A DNA stretch of 13,138 nucleotides, from the NCBI GenBank assembly GCA_050049995.1, contig JASFVE010000054.1, positions 1-13,138 of the forward strand, read 5' to 3'. The stretch comes from Chlamydiota bacterium. GTDB taxonomy: Bacteria > Chlamydiota > Chlamydiia > Chlamydiales > SM23-39. A program made the position numbers and the translations under genes. This document shows positions 8,403 through 13,138 of this stretch, piece by piece. The notes under the pieces were generated by a model, which worked only from the letters and a program-made list of their open reading frames with translations, did not search any database and was not told the DNA's origin. Numbering within the stretch: the first letter of the stretch is position 1; each line of letters begins with the position of its first letter.

Positions 8403-9191
8403 TTATCCCCGGATTGTCAGTTCTTGGTGAATGGTATTTAATGCTATTGTCAGTAAAAAGTCCCATATTAATATTAGTACGTAGCTTATAACAACACTAT
8501 TGGTTGTAGCTTTACCTACACCAGCAGCACCTCCTGATGTTTTCATCCCTTTATAACAACATATAGTTACTAGAATTATTCCAAAAATAAATGATTTAAA
8601 CACCCCGGTAAATAAATCAAATAAAGTAATGTGAATGGGCATAGGGTCAAAATAGCTATTCGGGCTCATCCCAAAATAATGCACAGATATTAAATAGCCT
8701 CCAAAAATCCCCATGATCATACTAAAAATAGTAAGTAAAGGCATCATAACCGTGCCGGCCAAAAATCTAGGCGCTACCAGATAACTGTTGGGGTTAACTG
8801 ACATAGACCTTAAGGCATCGATTTGCTCGGTAACTTTCATGGTGCCAAGCTCTGCACACATGGCTGAGCCAACTCTCCCTGTAACCATGAGGGCTGTAAG
8901 GACAGGCCCTAGCTCTGTAATCATAGCCTTGGCCACTAAAATACCGGTAACAGCCGCAAGTCCTTTTTCTTGAAGTTGGTAAAAAGACTGAGCTGCCAAG
9001 ACAAACCCAGTGGTGAAACCAGTAATCGCTACCACTCCTAAAGAAAGCACACCAATAGAGTAAAGTTGCTCTCGAATCAAAGACCAGCTAGGAGGTTTTT
9101 TAAATACGGAGGAAAAAGTTTCAGAAATTAGTTGGACATATTCTCCAACAGAGCCAAATAAACGAAAAGCAATTTGAGTAAGCGTGCTCAC
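8403..9191 (-). CDS. mlaE: ABC transporter permease, MlaE family
   Basis: Motifs ELGPVLTALMVTGRVGSAMCAELGTMKVTEQIDAL, YLVAPRFLA, GGAAGVGKATTNSVV; GTG start with GGGAGGA RBS upstream. Confidence 0.96.
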   Translation of the reverse strand: MSTLTQIAFRLFGSVGEYVQLISETFSSVFKKPPSWSLIREQLYSIGVLSLGVVAITGFTTGFVLAAQSFYQLQEKGLAAVTGILVAKAMITELGPVLTALMVTGRVGSAMCAELGTMKVTEQIDALRSMSVNPNSYLVAPRFLAGTVMMPLLTIFSMIMGIFGGYLISVHYFGMSPNSYFDPMPIHITLFDLFTGVFKSFIFGIILVTICCYKGMKTSGGAAGVGKATTNSVVISYVLILIWDFLLTIALNTIHQELTIRG

Positions 9192-9216
9192 CTAAGTGAA
9201 TCCTCCCTTTTTTGCG

Positions 9217-9246
9217 ATTGTAAAGAAGAATGTTTTTTTAGGTCAA
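9217..9246 (-). promoter_or_regulatory. Sigma70/sigma66-type promoter for mlaEFD
   Basis: Minus strand TTGACC (9246-9241) - 18 nt - TACAAT (9222-9217), ahead of the GGAGG RBS of mlaE. Confidence 0.55.
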
Positions 9247-9271
9247 AGAAATGCCTGCAAAAAGCAGGCAT
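9244..9271 (-). terminator. Intrinsic terminator of the translocon operon
   Basis: Perfect 8-bp stem ATGCCTGC-N5-GCAGGCAT (9251-9271) followed on the minus strand by TTCTTT; begins 6 nt after the stop at 9278. Confidence 0.8.
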
Positions 9272-9277
9272 AGAAAG

Positions 9278-9916
9278 TTACACCTTATATCCGTCTCTTT
9301 CCACAGAAAGGCCAGCTTGTAAAGCTTGTCTAGAGTTGTTTTCAGAAGAATGTCTTTGACCTCTTCTTTGATCAACTTGATCTAGTTCTCTTTGAAGGAG
9401 TTGTAACAATTGATTGAGTCTTGTAGTTTGAGCATCGTAGTGAGTCTCACCAAATTTCCCACTAATAGAAGAAAGCTCAGTAATAGTGCGAGAGTAAACT
9501 TGACTTTGCTGGAGTTGAGGAATAGAGCCTACAAGAGCACCTAAAAACACTCCTACCCCTTGGGCGATGGCGATATAAGACTTATTATCTAAAGACTTCT
9601 TAGAGCTGTCGATTTGAGTCTTAATTAAATCTATTAGCTTGCTTCTCTCATGCATTTCACTGGCAGATAGTCGGTTGTTTAAGCCAGTTAACATGGACTC
9701 AAGAATAACCAAAAGTCTTGTAAGATTAATGTTTTCTAGTGGATGATTAGAGTCTATGCTAATTTCTTGAAGTAAACTTTCAGCAATATCTAGCCGTTGT
9801 TGTTCAGCCTCAGAAAGTTCTCTCATATTTTCAAGACCAAAGGGTCTTGGTTCTTGTAAAGGTTTATTATCAATTGGGTGGCTATTATAGGCCGTTGTAA
9901 TATTATTTACTTTCAT
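9278..9916 (-). CDS. Putative T3SS minor translocator (CopD/YopD/SctB-like), 212 aa
   Basis: Last gene of the chaperone operon; one hydrophobic segment (IAIAQGVGVFLGALVGSIP) between predicted helical/coiled-coil regions; polar N-terminus with PLQEP (LxxP); RBS AGAGGT. Assignment rests on position and architecture. Confidence 0.6.
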   Translation of the reverse strand: MKVNNITTAYNSHPIDNKPLQEPRPFGLENMRELSEAEQQRLDIAESLLQEISIDSNHPLENINLTRLLVILESMLTGLNNRLSASEMHERSKLIDLIKTQIDSSKKSLDNKSYIAIAQGVGVFLGALVGSIPQLQQSQVYSRTITELSSISGKFGETHYDAQTTRLNQLLQLLQRELDQVDQRRGQRHSSENNSRQALQAGLSVERDGYKV

Positions 9917-9925
9917 ACTAACCTC

Positions 9926-10780
9926 TTAAATTCTCGAGTTTTGTAAAATTAAAATAGCTCGTAGCTTTTCTTGAATAGCTTTTCGATCATCAGCTGTTTC
10001 TTCTATTTTTTGTGATAGAAAATTTGCACTAGCTTTGGTAGTGATTTCTAATTTTTTTAAATCTTCACAAACAGCATCCATTTTAGCTACCTGATACTTG
10101 CTTTTAGAAGCCATCACATTAGCAGTACCTGATGAAAGAGCTAATGCACCTGAGATAAGTTCATTTGCTCTATTGGAAATTTGCTGAAGGGCGCCAGTTG
10201 TATAACTGTAGCCTAAGGTTGCAAGGGACGCACCAGTTGTAAGATAAAAAACAGCATCATTAAAATAAGAAGCTAGCTGTTGCTTAGTTTTTTCATCTGA
10301 TGTTAAAAGACTAGCTAACTGATCCCAGCCTCCTAGGGAGTGGATTAAAGAATTACTAGCGCCCAGACCTGCTGAAGCAAGTATTAAGGACCCAGTTACA
10401 GTTCCTCCAGTTGTTAAGTCGCCAATTCCGAGTAATATTTCATAGGCTATAGAAAAGTTGTAGGCGACGTCTGACAACATGCCCCAGTTCTCAGCAGACT
10501 GTAGTTTCAAAGCTTTATCTCGAAGTATTTCTAAGCGCTCTTGCTTGGTCTTGCTAGTTTCTTTTTGTTGTTGAACGGTTCTTGCTCCATGCAGTTTAGT
10601 AATTTCTTGTGAGACTTTTTCATTTTTAAGATTTTCTCCAAGTAGCATGAAAACCACATTTGTGGCGCTGGAAGTGGTATCGGGAATAGCAGCAAGCCCT
10701 TGAGGTGTTTTTTTCTTATGTGTATCTTGAGGGCGGTGTTCGTTATTATGTTTAAAAGATACTTCATTAACTTTATTCAT
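9926..10780 (-). CDS. Putative T3SS major translocator (CopB/YopB/SctE-like), 284 aa
   Basis: Directly after the SycD-like chaperone (ATGA overlap); polar N-terminus, Q/K/E coiled coil, Gly/Ala-rich hydrophobic region ending in GGWDQLA, second hydrophobic segment AVFYLTTGASLATLGY, C-terminal coiled coil. Confidence 0.7.
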   Translation of the reverse strand: MNKVNEVSFKHNNEHRPQDTHKKKTPQGLAAIPDTTSSATNVVFMLLGENLKNEKVSQEITKLHGARTVQQQKETSKTKQERLEILRDKALKLQSAENWGMLSDVAYNFSIAYEILLGIGDLTTGGTVTGSLILASAGLGASNSLIHSLGGWDQLASLLTSDEKTKQQLASYFNDAVFYLTTGASLATLGYSYTTGALQQISNRANELISGALALSSGTANVMASKSKYQVAKMDAVCEDLKKLEITTKASANFLSQKIEETADDRKAIQEKLRAILILQNSRI

Positions 10781-11157
10781 AATGTTTCCAACTTAGATTC
10801 TAGGGATTTCATTTCTTCTAAAAGAACATGGTTTTGCTCAGGAATTTTCTTCTTAGCAAAGCGGATGGCTTTTAATCCTTCTTGAGGATTTTTGAGGTGA
10901 TAATAACAGAGAGCTGCAAAATAAGAAGGAAAGGGATCGCTCTCATTTAACAGTTCTGTCATGGCCCAAGCTTTTAAAGCAAGTTCATACTGACCAGTTT
11001 TTTGTAAACAGGAGGCTAGGCAGTACCAATAGTCTTTTTCATCGGGATATCGAATAACTAATGAGCGAAAGATATCAATAGCCTGTAGTAGGTCATTACT
11101 TTCAAGTGCTTGCATACCTTTGGAAAAAGTATGATTTTCTTCTAGCTGAGTACTCAT
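10777..11157 (-). CDS. Type III secretion class II (translocator) chaperone, SycD/LcrH/Scc family TPR protein
   Basis: Three TPR-like units with SycD-type motifs AIDIFRSLVIRYP...YWYCLASCLQ..GQYELALKAWAM..LLNESDPFPSYFAALCY....NPQEGLKAI; ATGA overlaps at both ends. Confidence 0.88.
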   Translation of the reverse strand: MSTQLEENHTFSKGMQALESNDLLQAIDIFRSLVIRYPDEKDYWYCLASCLQKTGQYELALKAWAMTELLNESDPFPSYFAALCYYHLKNPQEGLKAIRFAKKKIPEQNHVLLEEMKSLESKLETL

Positions 11158-12170
11158 GTCCTTTGGTTTTGTACCATTCTTTTTATAGCATCACCATATC
11201 GATTTAATGTTTGCTTTACAGTTTCAAAGCAGGCCATTTTATCTGTAAATTCCGTTTGAAGAGAAGTGAAATAGAGCTGATTAGAAGTTCTAAGTTCATC
11301 CATGCATGAAGATACACGGTCTAAAAGTACATTTATATCATCTGTGTCAGGAAGTTCAATGGCGCTGTCAGATCCCATTTGAGGAGAAGAGTGACAATTT
11401 TTAATTTTCCTTTTGCTTAAATCATTAAGCAAATCTTGTATCTCCTGTGAGGCTATTTCATCAAGTTCACTAATATAATTTTTGTTGGACTGGTTAGAAG
11501 ATTTCGCTTCTACTAGTCGATTATATAATTTTCTAGCGATATTGTTTGTTTTAGTATTGTAGGAAATGTCATTACCTTTATTTCTTATGGCGTTGTCTAA
11601 GGCTCTTTCTTTATCTAGAAAGATATCAATTACTACTTTATTAAGATTGTAATCTTTAATAGGTTCTTGATTTTCCGCAATTGATCGACATCTTTTAACA
11701 TCATCAACTTGCCTTTGTAGCTGTTCTAAAAAATTGTGAATAAGTTCGTCTTCAGGGTTCAATTTTAACTCTTTTGCCAGTGAGCTTAACTTCTCATATT
11801 CTTGGGGAATCAAATCAGCTTTAGCTTGCAGAAGATCTTCTAAGGAAATTGAGCCGTCGCTATTATCCATTAAATCTATAAGATAGTTGATTTCACGTTC
11901 TGTTAAAAATAAGGAATCGGGGTTCTCATCTTTTTGAGAAGAATTTTTGTGATTTGAGTTAGTATCTGCTTCTTGTAAATCTTTATTGGATGAGTTGATA
12001 TCCCAAGGGTTTTTAGGTAAATTTTGACTCGGATTTATATTTTTATCATCATGGTTAATTAACTGTTGCAATTTCTGAGAAGGAGATAGTTCCTCTTCAC
12101 TTTTCTCAACTGAACTGTTAGAAGTAGGTAAAATATTGGTAAAAGAATCGATATTGTTTTTTGCTGACAT
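11154..12170 (-). CDS. Hydrophilic helical protein heading the translocon operon; candidate T3SS needle-tip protein or secreted substrate
   Basis: 338 aa, no TM; S/N/Q-rich disordered N-terminus like T3S substrates; amphipathic C-terminal helix resembling that of LcrV/PcrV; RBS AAAGGA; ATGA-coupled to the chaperone. Confidence 0.6.
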   Translation of the reverse strand: MSAKNNIDSFTNILPTSNSSVEKSEEELSPSQKLQQLINHDDKNINPSQNLPKNPWDINSSNKDLQEADTNSNHKNSSQKDENPDSLFLTEREINYLIDLMDNSDGSISLEDLLQAKADLIPQEYEKLSSLAKELKLNPEDELIHNFLEQLQRQVDDVKRCRSIAENQEPIKDYNLNKVVIDIFLDKERALDNAIRNKGNDISYNTKTNNIARKLYNRLVEAKSSNQSNKNYISELDEIASQEIQDLLNDLSKRKIKNCHSSPQMGSDSAIELPDTDDINVLLDRVSSCMDELRTSNQLYFTSLQTEFTDKMACFETVKQTLNRYGDAIKRMVQNQRT

Positions 12171-12173
12171 AAA

Positions 12174-12198
12174 ATGTTCCTTTTGTCATTGGGAACAT
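12174..12198 (-). promoter_or_regulatory. Inverted repeat covering the Shine-Dalgarno of the first translocon gene
   Basis: Minus strand ATGTTCC-CAATGACAAAA-GGAACAT-TTT-ATG: a 7-bp stem whose 3' arm contains the GGA of the RBS. Confidence 0.45.
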
Positions 12199-12235
12199 AA
12201 AGTCTAGCGAATAATAAGTTAAAAGACTATAGCTA

Positions 12236-13138
12236 TTAAAAATTTCGGTTCCATTTTAAAGAAAATCTTCCTTGTTCTTGCTGCTGGATTGTTTGCGCTT
12301 CAAATAAAAATCCATGTGACAGGTCTACTTCTACGCTTACATTGCTACTTCCTTGTTCTATTCCTTGACTGAAAGTTACTAAAACACCTTTAGCGACATA
12401 CTTGCCTACTTGTACGGCGAAGTCTTCAGCTCCTTCACTTGTGGGAGCTGAAACAATAGCAAGTCGGTCAAATCCAAGTCTTCTTCGGGTAATTTCTAGG
12501 ATATCGGGACCTCCACCAGACAAACTTGCGGCGGTTGTAGCTAAAGAGACTGCTTGAAGGGCAGTTATTTCGGAGATATCGGAACCGAATAGCAAATAAG
12601 ATAAAATTGAGCTCATGGGAAGGGGAGGAAGTGAGGTAAACTGCAAGTTTGGTTCGTTAATTTGACCTGTCCATTTTGCTATTATATTAATTCCCTGAAT
12701 ATTTGTTTGAGCTGTAATATTTAAAAAGGGAAACTCTCCCTTATCGCCAGTAAATATAAGTTCTCCACTAGTTAAATCAAAATAGTGACCAGAAAAGTTA
12801 AACTCGCCTTTTACAAGATCAAGCCTTCCTTCTGCTTGCAAGTCATAATAAAGTCCGTCGAGCTTTATATCGCCTTTCCACTCAGAAGAAAGCCCTCTTC
12901 CTCTTACAAAAAAATTGCCATCTGCTTCCAGTTCGACATCTAAATACAAAGGGAACTTTTTTTTAGGTACAAATACTGGCCTTTTTTTAGGTTGGTTTTT
13001 GTATGTAACAGCAATAGTAGGTACTTTAGTAGCAATTTTTTCAGGAATGTCAAACTCTCCATAAGTAATGAAAGCCTTTCCTCTTGTTATTGCTGAATCG
13101 AAGTTGCCTTCAATGGTTATATTTCCAGTAGCTGATCC
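12236..13138 (-). CDS. tamB: Translocation and assembly module TamB (DUF490), C-terminal part; 5' end lies beyond the window
   Basis: Frame checked by hand and open from 13138 (GSATGNITIEGNFD...FPLYLDVEL). TamB C-terminal motifs FVRGRGLSSEWKG, FTSLPPLPMSSILSYLLFG, LGFDRL, VQVGKYVAKGVLV, SLKWNRNF. Confidence 0.92.
   Translation of the reverse strand, partial: GSATGNITIEGNFDSAITRGKAFITYGEFDIPEKIATKVPTIAVTYKNQPKKRPVFVPKKKFPLYLDVELEADGNFFVRGRGLSSEWKGDIKLDGLYYDLQAEGRLDLVKGEFNFSGHYFDLTSGELIFTGDKGEFPFLNITAQTNIQGINIIAKWTGQINEPNLQFTSLPPLPMSSILSYLLFGSDISEITALQAVSLATTAASLSGGGPDILEITRRRLGFDRLAIVSAPTSEGAEDFAVQVGKYVAKGVLVTFSQGIEQGSSNVSVEVDLSHGFLFEAQTIQQQEQGRFSLKWNRNF

Noticed and set aside
1281..10885. 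Short ORFs in the track (1281-1481, 2696-3016, 4283-4525, 5807-6064, 6730-6930, 7465-7647, 8788-8973, 9174-9359, 10531-10767, 10700-10885)
   Set aside because: All lie antisense to, or out of frame within, well-supported genes, and none has recognisable motifs. They are shadow ORFs.
9278..12170. Assigning exact gene names (copB2, copD2, scc3, CT863) to the cassette
   Set aside because: The order matches, but the proteins are much shorter and divergent; orthology cannot be established without a phylogeny.
12236..12949. tamB as a complete or truncated 237-aa gene starting at TTG 12949
   Set aside because: The frame stays open to the window edge at 13138, so this is simply the 3' part of a longer gene.
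1..13138. CRISPR arrays, tRNA/rRNA genes, IS elements
   Set aside because: The window is almost fully protein-coding; no spaced direct repeats, cloverleaf-like sequences or transposase motifs were seen.

Overview
AT-rich bacterial chromosomal segment, most likely from an environmental member of the Chlamydiae (inferred from gene content and protein character, not from a search). Left to right it holds: the N-terminal part of an unknown gene coupled to an OppA-type peptide-binding lipoprotein; a tandem pair of paralogous 4-TM holin-IV/YvlD-like membrane proteins; a YcaD-like MFS transporter; a 724-aa protein with a degenerate CX5R phosphatase-like motif (CKDAVDT); an mlaE-mlaF-mlaD lipid-transport operon with an unusually long MlaD; a stand-alone four-gene type III secretion translocon cassette with its own terminator; and the 3' part of tamB. 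The most notable item is the cassette: a 338-aa protein with an LcrV-like C-terminal helix, an SycD/LcrH chaperone, and very short CopB-like and CopD-like translocators. Its order mirrors Yersinia lcrV-lcrH-yopB-yopD and nominates a candidate chlamydial needle-tip protein. No RNA genes, CRISPR arrays or mobile elements were seen.
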